NCBI GenBank assembly: GCA_040386275.1
Contig: JAZKFU010000008.1
Location: 6,853 to 70,852, forward strand
Source of the DNA: Patescibacteria group bacterium
GTDB taxonomy: Bacteria > Patescibacteriota > Minisyncoccia > Phycocordibacterales > UBA918
DNA: 64,000 bases
Direction of reading: 5' to 3'
Position numbers and translations under genes: made by a program. A model generated the notes under the pieces. That model worked only from the letters and a program-made list of their open reading frames with translations. It ran no database searches and was not told the origin of the DNA. This document shows positions 20,750-29,494 of this stretch, piece after piece; positions within the stretch are counted from its first letter, which is position 1, and the number at the start of each line of letters is the position of its first letter.

Positions 20750-21616
20750 CTAGCTACCCTCTGGAATCACTCCCGGATCATACGTTTCGCTGGCGCCTTC
20801 TCCGCGCTCACTCGCAAATAAATATGAGTCTACGGCAATGGCTTGGCGTGCCCGCATTATGAAGTTTATTGCTTCCGCAAATTTTCCATCAGAAATTGAT
20901 TCTCCGGCATCATCAATACGGGTTAACGCGAGACGTTGCGCGCGAGAATTTTGGGCCACCGTTTTGATTTCTTCTCCGACGAGGTTAATTTGCTCACCGA
21001 TAAATGCACTCACAATAGCGGAGTCCGTCGTGCTGGCAAATTTTTCAATTTCAGATTGTAGACTGTCTTGACTGAGGTTTTGAATATCACCACTGTAGTC
21101 TTTGATAGAATCAAATTCTTCCCAGTCATCAGTGAGAGTTTCAAAGGCACGGGTGGTATTCGTGATGCTTGCTAAAGAGTTAATTTTCTCTTGAGCAGAT
21201 AATGAGTTAGTGTTTTGAATAATCCAGACACTATCAGCGGTGTGTTGTTGGGTTAGACTCGCTAATCTATCGAGAGTTTGGGGAGTGGTGGTACTTTGGT
21301 CACTGTAGAGCGTTAAAAGTTCAGCTACTCGCTTCTGTAACAGGGAAGAGGTGTACTCTAACTTGCTATCATCGGATAATTTAGTAGAGCGAATAAACGG
21401 TTCAACTACATTAGTTTTAAAACCGTACAATTTTTGTTCGGGTGTACTCTTTTCAGATAAGACAGCAAGCGTAACACCGCCCAAAATAAGGGCAGTAACA
21501 ACACCTAAAAGACCTAATCCAAGGTATTTTTTGTTACTATTAAATGAATAAGGCTTTAATTTGGTTTGATCATGAACCGTTTGTGGGGGTTCGTTTGAAT
21601 TTGAAAGTGGGGGCAT
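20750..21616 (-). CDS. hypothetical membrane-anchored protein
   Basis: Single N-terminal TM segment, then hydrophilic Ser/Thr/Gln-rich domain. Confidence 0.5.
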   Translation of the reverse strand: MPPLSNSNEPPQTVHDQTKLKPYSFNSNKKYLGLGLLGVVTALILGGVTLAVLSEKSTPEQKLYGFKTNVVEPFIRSTKLSDDSKLEYTSSLLQKRVAELLTLYSDQSTTTPQTLDRLASLTQQHTADSVWIIQNTNSLSAQEKINSLASITNTTRAFETLTDDWEEFDSIKDYSGDIQNLSQDSLQSEIEKFASTTDSAIVSAFIGEQINLVGEEIKTVAQNSRAQRLALTRIDDAGESISDGKFAEAINFIMRARQAIAVDSYLFASERGEGASETYDPGVIPEGS

Positions 21617-21723
21617 AGGTTAATTATATAGCGAACAAAGGGGCATGTATATATTGCCGTTTTGGCACCAGATTTCTTACGAGAATTTTTCTAGAGACAA
21701 TATAACTGGTATACTGTAAACCT

Positions 21724-22254
21724 ATGCATCACATTTGTATTCGTTTGTTCTTTGTTGTTATTATTCTATTCTCATTACAGGTCCATACCGCAGAAACAGC
21801 TTCGGCCGCTACTGCGACCAGTACTCCGACTGTTATGACCACTCATGATGCGGTAGCGGTGGAAAAAAGAGTCCGTGAATATTTTGCGGATATTCCGGTT
21901 ATGATTGAAATTGCGCGCTGTGAATCAAAGTTTCGGCAGTTTACAGATAGCGGTTCGGTATTACGCGGAGGAGGCAATGCTGGCATGGTCGGCATTTTTC
22001 AGTTTTACGAAATAATTCACAAAAAAGCGGCGCTTGCGTTAGGGTTTGATATCGATACAGTTGAAGGTAACTTGGGCTACGCACGACATCTCTACACGCA
22101 GTCGGGTCATACACCCTGGGCATCATGTGTGCCTGACGTGATTCCTGTAGCCACCACTTTGTCTACCGCGAACAAAGAATTACAAATTAAACTGCTAACC
22201 CAAGTACTCGGATTATTACAAGAATTGCTTAAGATGGAGTTAGCTAGACGATAG
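21724..22254 (+). CDS. secreted transglycosylase-like (Rpf-type) domain protein
   Basis: Signal peptide; IARCESKFRQF…GMVGIFQF…GHTPWASC resembles the transglycosylase-like domain CES…G.fQ…W..C pattern. Confidence 0.5.
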   Translation: MHHICIRLFFVVIILFSLQVHTAETASAATATSTPTVMTTHDAVAVEKRVREYFADIPVMIEIARCESKFRQFTDSGSVLRGGGNAGMVGIFQFYEIIHKKAALALGFDIDTVEGNLGYARHLYTQSGHTPWASCVPDVIPVATTLSTANKELQIKLLTQVLGLLQELLKMELARR

Positions 22255-22324
22255 TTAGAAATTTTATTATAGATACGCCGCCGAACACAAAATGTGTTAG
22301 GCGGCGTTGCATGTGTGTGAGGCT

Positions 22325-22870
22325 TTAGGCGTGCATTTTATGGCGCGCGCAAGCCACATTTTGTTCGTACTCTTCACGGGTGAAGGTTCTTGGGGGGTTC
22401 AATCTTTCGAGAAAGAGAATGCCATCGAGGTGATCTTGCTCGTGTTGGCAGACTCGGGCTAGAAAACCTCTAAAGGTTTCCCGTACTCGTTTACCTTGGC
22501 GATTGGTGAAGGCCATGGTGACCGTTGCGTGTCGGGGGACTAACCCGTAAGTGTCCGGAATGCTCAGGCAGGATTCCCAGTCGGTAACCTTCCTCTTTGA
22601 TCGTCTGAGAATAACAGGATTGATCATTGCGGTTGGTTCGCGCGTGGGAGCGTCGGGGTAGAGGGGGCAGGGTTTTGAGGAGATAATGAAGATTCTCCGA
22701 TCCTCATTTACCTGCGGTCCAGCTATCCCAAGGCCATGTGCGTTCTGGTAGGTCTCAATCATATCGTCGATGAGTTTCTGAATAACAGGGTCATCGACCG
22801 CTTCAACTTCGTGGGCTTCCTCGGTGAGGATTGGATGCCCGATTTTTACGATGGGCAGCACGTTGGGCAT
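22325..22870 (-). CDS. def: peptide deformylase (copy 1; start taken at MPNVLPIV with RBS aaggaggg)
   Basis: GIAGPQV, CLSIPD and QHEQDHLDGILF motifs. Confidence 0.85.
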   Translation of the reverse strand: MPNVLPIVKIGHPILTEEAHEVEAVDDPVIQKLIDDMIETYQNAHGLGIAGPQVNEDRRIFIISSKPCPLYPDAPTREPTAMINPVILRRSKRKVTDWESCLSIPDTYGLVPRHATVTMAFTNRQGKRVRETFRGFLARVCQHEQDHLDGILFLERLNPPRTFTREEYEQNVACARHKMHA

Positions 22871-23196
22871 GATGCCCTCCTTTGAATTTGAATGATGGGG
22901 AACTGTTTCTGTAACTATCTTACAATTTGTTACTAACAAATACAAGCAATTGTACACACAAGTAGTTAACTAGGTTAAGATATTCGAAACGCAGCATGTC
23001 AACATACATTTCTACTATAATAATGAAATATAGGTTCAACCTGAATCTTAGAGACTTCGATTACTGTGCTAATCGCTGGGTAGGTTGGCTTTTTGGTCAT
23101 GGCTAACTCCTGTTAAGAACATCTACAATGTATAACGTACAAAATTAAAGTTTATTTCGGAAACTGATTTAATTAATACAAAAACTAACGTAAGAA

Positions 23197-23622
23197 TTAT
23201 TTTTCCGGAGAAAATTCAATTATCCACTCAATGCCGTATTTATCTCGGAACATTCCCGCATAGCTACCCCAAGGACTATCTCCCATTGCACCTTCAACTG
23301 AACCGTCAATTGAAAGTCCAGAAAATATTCTGTCAGCTTCTTCTTTGCTGTCGGTCTGAAGTGAAATTTTACTTCGGTTTTCGTTTTCACTCACCGTGCC
23401 CATAAACTCGGGAACGTCGTTCCCAATCAGTAGCGTATTACCGATAGGGAGGGCAATGTACATAATCTTGTTCTCCTCGCTTTCAGGAATCGTGACTTCG
23501 TCACTTGCTAAATCTTTAAAACGAATAATTTTAGTAAATTCACCACCAAAAACAGATTGGTAAAAGGTAAAGGCTTCAAATGCATTACCGTTAAAATTAA
23601 TCCAAGGGTGTATTGTTGTCAT
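23197..23622 (-). CDS. VOC/glyoxalase (PhnB-like) family protein
   Basis: MTTIHPWINFNGNAFEAFTFYQSVFGG… typical of the PhnB/VOC fold. Confidence 0.6.
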   Translation of the reverse strand: MTTIHPWINFNGNAFEAFTFYQSVFGGEFTKIIRFKDLASDEVTIPESEENKIMYIALPIGNTLLIGNDVPEFMGTVSENENRSKISLQTDSKEEADRIFSGLSIDGSVEGAMGDSPWGSYAGMFRDKYGIEWIIEFSPEK

Positions 23623-23646
23623 GGATTAATTTTACCACACTGTAAT

Positions 23647-24222
23647 TTAGGTTGATATGTAGGAGGCTATTGCAAGTTTAATTTCAGAATACGTCATATC
23701 ATCGGCATAATCAGTGCCATAGTGCACTTTTATAATGGTACCGTCAGAATCAATCAAAAACTGTGCGGGCACAAGCGTCACACTCCCATCAACTTCAGGT
23801 TGCTTGTAGTGGAGCTTGTACGACGAATATATCCATTCAGGAAGTTTTCTAAGAGACGTGAAATACTTAAGAGCACTTTCCTCAACTCCATATAATCCAT
23901 AGATTATTTTGTCGGGATCTGGAACCAGGTTGAATGGAGGTTTTACATCATGTCGGTTAATGACATTTTTCACGATATCTTCCTGTTTTGATTGCACGAA
24001 ACAAACGACTTTAACTCCTTGTGATTCTAATTCAGGCGCCATTTCGGTCAACCTATAGATTGCAAGATTACACCAGGGACACCCTGAGTATCTAAAAAAA
24101 GAAAGTAAGATTTTCTTCCCGTTATCTTTATTGATTTCTACTTTTCCACCGTTAATATCGACCACTGAAAAATATGGAGCTACATCTCCATCTTTAAGTT
24201 TCGGCGCTTCTTGCTTTGCCAT
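23647..24222 (-). CDS. redoxin/peroxiredoxin-like thiol-disulfide oxidoreductase
   Basis: Thioredoxin-fold with SGCPWC active site. Confidence 0.6.
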   Translation of the reverse strand: MAKQEAPKLKDGDVAPYFSVVDINGGKVEINKDNGKKILLSFFRYSGCPWCNLAIYRLTEMAPELESQGVKVVCFVQSKQEDIVKNVINRHDVKPPFNLVPDPDKIIYGLYGVEESALKYFTSLRKLPEWIYSSYKLHYKQPEVDGSVTLVPAQFLIDSDGTIIKVHYGTDYADDMTYSEIKLAIASYIST

Positions 24223-24376
24223 AGGTATTATAATAGCAAATTAAATAGGGGATAGCGGGAGTTATTATTGTATATGCTCTATGGAGGGATGATTTTAGGT
24301 TAATGGTAATGGGGGCGACTGAGCATATAAAAAGAAAGAGGTCAGCAAAACTTGCTGACCTCTTGCGCTTGGCGCC

Positions 24377-24793
24377 TTAATGACCCTGAAACACCAGTTC
24401 CCGGTATTCATAAGCGAGGACATCAACAGGTGGCTCTTCGATCGCCTTGTGTCGAACAAAGAGAACACCATTCCGTAGAAGCATGTTTGGCCCTGCGCTA
24501 CCCAGGTAGCGTCCGAACGAACCCACAACAGCGCCTGACTTAGCAAAGGCCTTACAAAGCTCGACAAGCAACTCTGTCGGCTTGTCGTCTTCGGAAATAT
24601 ACTTTTCAATCTGACCATCTACATCAATGTGGACTGTGCTGTGGTCAGAGCAATTCAGCACCTTGCTTTTATCACCCATCAGGTTAAGAACAAGAAAAGG
24701 TTGCTTGAACGGCAAAGGATTATCTGCATTTGCAGACATATGCGGATTGAACCGCATCATAATTCTTGCCATAAAGTCTGCTGCATCGGTCAA
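24377..24793 (-). CDS. hypothetical protein (138 aa)
   Basis: ORF only; alternative overlapping frame 24295-24618 judged less likely. Confidence 0.4.
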   Translation of the reverse strand: MTDAADFMARIMMRFNPHMSANADNPLPFKQPFLVLNLMGDKSKVLNCSDHSTVHIDVDGQIEKYISEDDKPTELLVELCKAFAKSGAVVGSFGRYLGSAGPNMLLRNGVLFVRHKAIEEPPVDVLAYEYRELVFQGH

Positions 24794-24910
24794 TTTAAAA
24801 TCCTCCTTGGATTGCTGGGAACAGGGTTTGAGTTCAACTAATAAATTAGAACACTAAGTGTGTTATGTCAATGTAAAGCTCGCAGGGCTGGATTCGAAGC
24901 TCACAGCTTC

Positions 24911-25140
24911 AGTACAGGTTGTCGCTCGTTTGTTTCCTTTCAGTCACAAACGTGACAGGCTACCTTTTCGAATCCTGCCGTAATTGACATTTAGTCACTT
25001 ACTCCCGGGGCAGGAATTTCGGTTGTTACACAACCAGTATCCCAATTGGTTCTTTTATTTCCTTTCAGTCATAAAAGTGCTCAATTGGGCTTCGAATCCT
25101 GACGTAAGGCACATTTAGTGCCTTACTCCCGGGGAGCATT
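24911..25140 (+). repeat. two tandem ~123-bp units containing tRNA-Asn 3'-end-like segments split by a stable 9-bp hairpin
   Basis: Units start tttcctttcagtca…; each has …cttcgaatcctg[c/a]cGTAA..CAtttaG..TTACtcccgggg…; a further tRNA-3'-end-like fragment in opposite orientation at 24868-24898. Confidence 0.6.
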
Positions 25141-25149
25141 AAAATCAAA

Positions 25150-25172
25150 AACACACCCGCAGGTGTGTTTAA
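25150..25172. terminator. bidirectional hairpin AAACACACC-cgca-GGTGTGTTT
   Basis: Perfect 9-bp stem between the tRNA 3' end (minus) and the plus-strand repeat array. Confidence 0.6.
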
Positions 25173-25183
25173 GATTTTATATG

Positions 25184-25506
25184 CTCCCCGGGCAGGATTC
25201 GAACCTGCGACCAATCGATTACACGTATTCATGCGTTACTGCATGGGTGGACTATATCATCACCGGTCACATTATTGTGCTGACGGTGCAAGGCGCTTCG
25301 AAAGTTTTCACTTCCTACTCCCGTTAGGGATAGTCTCTGAACCTTCAATTGGATTTCTCCAAAAGCTTGGCTGCTGATTGCCCTGGCTTGCGCCGTGGGG
25401 GTTCCAGCAATTCACCTTGTTTGCAATATCGATTTCTCGATAAGGCTGCTATTTTGAACATTGTTCAATGTTACAGTCGACTGCTCTACCGCTGAGCTAC
25501 CGAGGA
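25184..25506 (-). tRNA. tRNA-Asn(GUU) interrupted by a 251-nt group I intron (exon 1 = 25506-25473, exon 2 = 25221-25184)
   Basis: Minus strand: TCCTCGG-TA-GCTC-AGCGGTA-GAGC-A-GTCGA-CTGT | intron | TAA-TCGAT-TGGTC-GCAGG-TTCGAAT-CCTGC-CCGGGGA-G. All stems pair; the spliced anticodon loop CTGTTAA and discriminator G match bacterial tRNA-Asn. Confidence 0.8.
25222..25472 (-). ncRNA. group I (IC3-like) self-splicing intron in the anticodon loop
   Basis: Contains P (GAATTGCTGGAA), Q (AATCAGCAGCC), R (GGTTCAGAGACTATCC) and S (GATGATATAGTCC) core elements; IGS GCAG pairs with exon CUGU giving U:G at the 5' splice site; intron ends in G. Confidence 0.8.
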
Positions 25507-25665
25507 AGGTAACTTACTTCAACTTTATCCTAATGCTTAGGGTTCATGACTCTGGTTCGCAGTCGACCAAGGTCGACCTTCTTACTTTCAACTGAGTGAA
25601 CAAAGTGGACAAAATTATTTTGTACATTTTTGAACGAGGGAAGAAAGGAAGTTTACTTACAGAAG

Positions 25666-25746
25666 CTGTTCACTCATTGGGTATTTTTACAAAATCCCTC
25701 AATGAGTCTTGCGAACTGACATTGAGTCAGTTCTCACTCTACCGCT
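25666..25746 (+). ncRNA. structured RNA-like motif, copy 1 (two hairpins between conserved CUUACAGAAGCUGUUCA … UCUUGCGAA … UUCUCAC)
   Basis: Conserved single-stranded segments and hairpins whose stems differ from copies 2 and 3 by fully compensatory changes. Confidence 0.4.
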
Positions 25747-25859
25747 TACGCTACCTCAGGAAGGTGGCTACTTTTTCCTTGAAAATGCTTAACAAATTCA
25801 AGTGCCTGTATTGTACAGAAAAATAGAATATATTCAATACGATGGGCGGGGAGGGGAGT

Positions 25860-26396
25860 TTAGTGGTCTTCCCGGTGTTTTTGATTATTGAGTACCACCG
25901 TTTTCATAACGGTAATAAAACCTTTAACATCAAGTGGGCCAACGCCTTTGAGCCACTGTCTACTCGCATTACGTAAGATGGGTTCAATGGTAGTAACTAG
26001 GGTTGTGCCAGCGGGAGTGATGGTTGCTAAGCGTTCGCGTTTGTCAGTAGCCCCACTTTTTATGCTAATAAGCTGGCGTGCATGGAGTCGTTTAACACGG
26101 AGCGTGACAAATGGTGCTTCAACCCCGAGTTCTTCGGAGAGATCAATTAGTTTCATACCTACCGCCTTATCATCATATAAAAGGCCTAAGATAGCCCAGT
26201 CTACACTGGTGAGCTCATACGGAGATAACACAGCGTCAGTATGCGCCTTCAGGACCCGATGGGTACGCGCCACCAATACCCCTATCTGGTAGGTGGTGAG
26301 GAGATGTTTGGAAATTAGGCGTTTAATTAAAGACATACTGTAGCTTAGAACTTTACGGGAATTTAGTAAATACTTGGTATGTAATAAGTTTCCCAC
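25860..26396 (-). CDS. MarR-family transcriptional regulator
   Basis: Winged-helix region LSPYELTSVDWAILGLL…LIDLSEELGVEAPFVTLRVKRLHARQLISIKSGATDKRERLATITPAGT. Confidence 0.7.
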   Translation of the reverse strand: MGNLLHTKYLLNSRKVLSYSMSLIKRLISKHLLTTYQIGVLVARTHRVLKAHTDAVLSPYELTSVDWAILGLLYDDKAVGMKLIDLSEELGVEAPFVTLRVKRLHARQLISIKSGATDKRERLATITPAGTTLVTTIEPILRNASRQWLKGVGPLDVKGFITVMKTVVLNNQKHREDH

Positions 26397-26510
26397 TGAG
26401 TCGGCATAACTTATGTTGCGTAAGTAAGTATCTTTACGTATACTAACATAAATACTTAATTAAGTTAAGTATATTACAAATTTACTACATTAAGAAATCA
26501 AGTCACTCGT
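26397..26510. promoter_or_regulatory. divergent promoter region with AT-rich palindromes (candidate MarR operators)
   Basis: ttacgtaagtaagtatctttacgtatacta and atacttaattaagttaagtat dyad-like repeats between the marR-like gene and the fasciclin gene. Confidence 0.3.
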
Positions 26511-27167
26511 ATGAACAATTATGTAATAGCAGCGATTGTCGGAATTCTCCTGATTGGAGGAATTATTTATGCTTCACAGCAAAATACCGGCGACATGGTA
26601 ACGATGGAAGAAAAAGCTTCAATGGAACAAGCAGCCATGGCAAAAATGGAAGCTGAAGCCCAAGCTAAAGCTGATCGAGACCAAAAAGCGCAAATGGAAG
26701 CTGAAACTGAAGCAGGAGTTATGGTGGGGGGCGCAATGATGTTGCCTTCACTTGATATTGTTGATAATGCAGTTAAAGCAGGTAATGTGACTACCGTTGT
26801 GGCAGCTGTTAAAGCGGCAGGCTTGGTAGACACCTTAAAGGGTCCTGGACCATTTACGGTATTCGCACCAACAAATGATGCGTTTGCAAAATTGCCAGCG
26901 GGAACAGTTGATACTCTGCTTAAAGCAGACATGAAAGCTGATTTAACCAGTATCCTCACGTACCACGTGGTGCCGGGACGCTACACAGCAGCTGATCTTA
27001 AGGACGGGATGACTCTCAAAACAGTTAATGGCGCTACTCTTAAAGTAAGTAATGTAAATGGGGTAGTGAAGATTAACGGGGCAGCCATGGTTGAAACGGC
27101 TGATGTGATTTCAAGTAACGGCGTAACGCACGTTATTGATACGGTGTTAATGCCTCCAAAGGCCTAA
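26511..27167 (+). CDS. fasciclin (FAS1) domain protein with N-terminal anchor
   Basis: [17 protein letters not shown]…TYHVVPGRY…[17 protein letters not shown]1 hallmarks. Confidence 0.8.
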   Translation: MNNYVIAAIVGILLIGGIIYASQQNTGDMVTMEEKASMEQAAMAKMEAEAQAKADRDQKAQMEAETEAGVMVGGAMMLPSLDIVDNAVKAGNVTTVVAAVKAAGLVDTLKGPGPFTVFAPTNDAFAKLPAGTVDTLLKADMKADLTSILTYHVVPGRYTAADLKDGMTLKTVNGATLKVSNVNGVVKINGAAMVETADVISSNGVTHVIDTVLMPPKA

Positions 27168-27182
27168 CCCTCACAGCGTGAT

Positions 27183-27215
27183 AAAAAATGCGGGCTTAGA
27201 GAGCCCGCATTTTTT
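27183..27215 (+). terminator. rho-independent terminator
   Basis: aaaaaaTGCGGGCTtagagAGCCCGCAttttttg. Confidence 0.7.
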
Positions 27216-27268
27216 GTATCACTCTGTCTATACGGTATAATGAAAGTATTAGCCACTAAGTAATTCGT

Positions 27269-27556
27269 ATGCTTAATCTCTATATTAAAACCCACTGTCC
27301 ATATTCAATTCGGGTTTTGGAGGCCAATGCTGTGATTCAAGCACCACTTACTATACTCGACATGAATGTACAGCCTGAATTAAAAAATGAATTGTTAGAG
27401 AAGGGTGGAAAAATTCAAGCGCCCTATTTAGAAGACACTGACCGCGGTGTATCAATGTACGAATCAATTGATATTATCGAGTACCTCAAGGAACACTACG
27501 GAAACGGAGAAGAGGTTACGGTAAAAAATGTCGGCAATGTCTGCCCGATTGATTAG
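27269..27556 (+). CDS. glutaredoxin-like protein (CPYS active site)
   Basis: Short thioredoxin-fold ORF with HCPYS motif near the N-terminus. Confidence 0.5.
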   Translation: MLNLYIKTHCPYSIRVLEANAVIQAPLTILDMNVQPELKNELLEKGGKIQAPYLEDTDRGVSMYESIDIIEYLKEHYGNGEEVTVKNVGNVCPID

Positions 27557-27653
27557 AAGCGGGGAAAGCGGTCTCTAAGTGGTATACTTAAGGTGTCAGT
27601 AAGTCCGGTGGTGTCAGTAAGATAAACTGTAGTTATCAGTGTAATTCTACATA

Positions 27654-28016
27654 ATGTCATTCCCAAACATTTCTTTTAAGCATTCACAAACGGAAGTAAA
27701 TTATAAACTGCAAAATATAATTACCTCCAAGTTAGCAACACTCGAACGATACATTGGTGGGAAGGGGGATAATCGGTGTGAGGTGGAGTTTTCAAAAGTT
27801 GCTCCCCATCAAAATGGAGACATCTATCGTGTTGAAGTAAATATCTGGAGTGACGGCGTGTTATACCGAGCCGCTGAAACAGCCAGCAGTTTTGAAAACG
27901 CGATCGACGCAGTGCGGAGTGCACTTGATGCTGAACTCAAGCGAGCTCGAACGCGAAAAATGAGTTTATGGCGCAAAGGAGCGAGAAAAATGAAAATGAT
28001 GATGCGCTTTGGTTAG
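27654..28016 (+). CDS. hpf: ribosome hibernation-promoting factor / RaiA family
   Basis: Beta-alpha-beta-beta-beta-alpha pattern with RVEVNIWSDGVLYRAAETASSFENAIDAVRSALDAELKRARTRK. Confidence 0.7.
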   Translation: MSFPNISFKHSQTEVNYKLQNIITSKLATLERYIGGKGDNRCEVEFSKVAPHQNGDIYRVEVNIWSDGVLYRAAETASSFENAIDAVRSALDAELKRARTRKMSLWRKGARKMKMMMRFG

Positions 28017-28050
28017 AAGTAACCACGTAAAAATGATTACACCACAAAAA

Positions 28051-28083
28051 TCACCACGAGGAGGCAAGACCTCCTCGTGGTGA
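28051..28083. terminator. bidirectional terminator TCACCACGAGGAGG-caagac-CTCCTCGTGGTGA
   Basis: 13-bp perfect stem; loop and inner stem identical to the hairpin at 9344-9368. Confidence 0.7.
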
Positions 28084-28106
28084 TTTTTTTGTTGTTAATT
28101 GATGGG

Positions 28107-28982
28107 TTAACGGAAGTATTGGGACCAGTCCATTTCGTTTTTTCCTTCGGGGATGATGCGAGTGATTACTAACGTGCCATCGGCTGCCAGGTTGGCGTGT
28201 TTAATTTTGATACGTTTCCCTTCGTGCATAAAAAATGTTTCAGGCCAACCATCAAACGCGCGAATAGTGCAGAGGTACTCAATGGCGGTAGTGCCTGAGG
28301 GTAGGTTATGTGGGTCAATCGCAAGTTCACTCATGCTTTTATTAATCTTGGTACAAAACGTTGCGTCGGCGTGATTTTGCTCTTGGGCGATAATTGTACC
28401 TTCAATCCAGGCCGGAATGACGGACGCTAGTAATGCACCGCCTTGACGGGCGAGACCTTCATCTAAAATTGAACCAGAAACCGGCCAGTGTTCGGCGGGA
28501 ATATTGGCAGGTAGTTGGGCAATGATGGGGCCGTGATCAAGTTCCGCATCTAGCTTCATAATCGTGACGCCGGTTTCACGGAGGTTATGTAAAATGGCAC
28601 TGCGAATGGGGCTCGCTCCTCTTAGTTTCGGTAGTAACGACGGGTGCACATTTAAAATTCCGTGCTTGGGTAACGCGAGCAACCATTCCGGGATAATTTT
28701 GCCGTAAGCAGCAACTATCATAAGGTCCCAGTCAGTTCCCGTTAATTCAGGTACTGCACGAGCGTCTTTAAGGGACGAGGGCTGGATGACAGGAACTTTG
28801 TTTTCTTCCGCCCAGGTTTTTGCTGGCGGGGGAGTAAGGATTTGTTTCCGACCGACCGGGGCATCAGGGTTCGTGACAATAAGTGCGGGTACATACCCAG
28901 CTTTTTTAAGCTCATCTAAAATTATCACCGCAATATCGGGGGTTCCAAAAAAAGCGAATTTGAGGCGACTTGTGTTTTCCAT
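28107..28982 (-). CDS. fmt: methionyl-tRNA formyltransferase
   Basis: FFGTPDIAV N-terminus, NVHPSLLPKLRGASPI active-site region. Confidence 0.9.
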   Translation of the reverse strand: MENTSRLKFAFFGTPDIAVIILDELKKAGYVPALIVTNPDAPVGRKQILTPPPAKTWAEENKVPVIQPSSLKDARAVPELTGTDWDLMIVAAYGKIIPEWLLALPKHGILNVHPSLLPKLRGASPIRSAILHNLRETGVTIMKLDAELDHGPIIAQLPANIPAEHWPVSGSILDEGLARQGGALLASVIPAWIEGTIIAQEQNHADATFCTKINKSMSELAIDPHNLPSGTTAIEYLCTIRAFDGWPETFFMHEGKRIKIKHANLAADGTLVITRIIPEGKNEMDWSQYFR

Positions 28983-29032
28983 ATATTGTCATACTATACC
29001 CGATAGAAACGTATCAGCAACAGGAGTTTGCA

Positions 29033-29410
29033 ATGTCATCACTGCAATTCATAAAAGCACCTCCACGTCCAAATCATATAGATTCACAATTGTGGGAATC
29101 TGAATGGATTGGTCTCATGGTTGGTCTGGCCTCAGTTTTTCCACGTTACATTGGCTATTTAGGTGAGGGGCACGCACGTATTTTTGATGATGCACTTAAA
29201 GTGTATCGGAATCCTATCCCAGGTGACGCAATGAATTTCATTACGAATCAGTTGATTGACCCAATGTGGGTTTCAAGGGACGCACTCATTCATACCTGTA
29301 AGTTTTCACTACCACCGCGGCCTATAATTCTCGCTTGGTTGGATGAAGAGGGTCAAATAAATCGCGAAATGTTTGCCGTCCCTCATTCGATAGCGACCTA
29401 TCTGCCCTAG
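29033..29410 (+). CDS. hypothetical protein (start chosen at ATG 29033 with RBS caggag)
   Basis: ORF between def and fmt on the opposite strand; no known family. Confidence 0.35.
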   Translation: MSSLQFIKAPPRPNHIDSQLWESEWIGLMVGLASVFPRYIGYLGEGHARIFDDALKVYRNPIPGDAMNFITNQLIDPMWVSRDALIHTCKFSLPPRPIILAWLDEEGQINREMFAVPHSIATYLP

Positions 29411-29494
29411 AAAAACCCGCACGGCAACGTGCGGGTTTTCATCTTATTAATTAACTCTATCATCAGGAAACTTAGGAAACAGTAAAATTAAATT

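Noticed and set aside
24911-25140. Possible CRISPR-like array
   Set aside because: Only two ~123-bp units with internal similarity to tRNA 3' ends, no short uniform repeats with unique spacers, no cas genes.
25118-25377. ORFs 25118-25327 and 25165-25377 (+) as possible intron-encoded homing endonuclease
   Set aside because: They lie antisense to, or overlapping, the 251-nt intron and tRNA exon. The intron is too short to host a HEG, and the peptides show no LAGLIDADG/GIY-YIG/HNH motifs.
25596-25826. 76-aa ORF and the 60-aa ORF at 31362-31544 sharing the peptide motif TE(A/T)(V/I)HSLGIF
   Set aside because: The shared peptide is a by-product of translating the conserved structured-RNA-like DNA motif. 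The frames are not conserved outside it.
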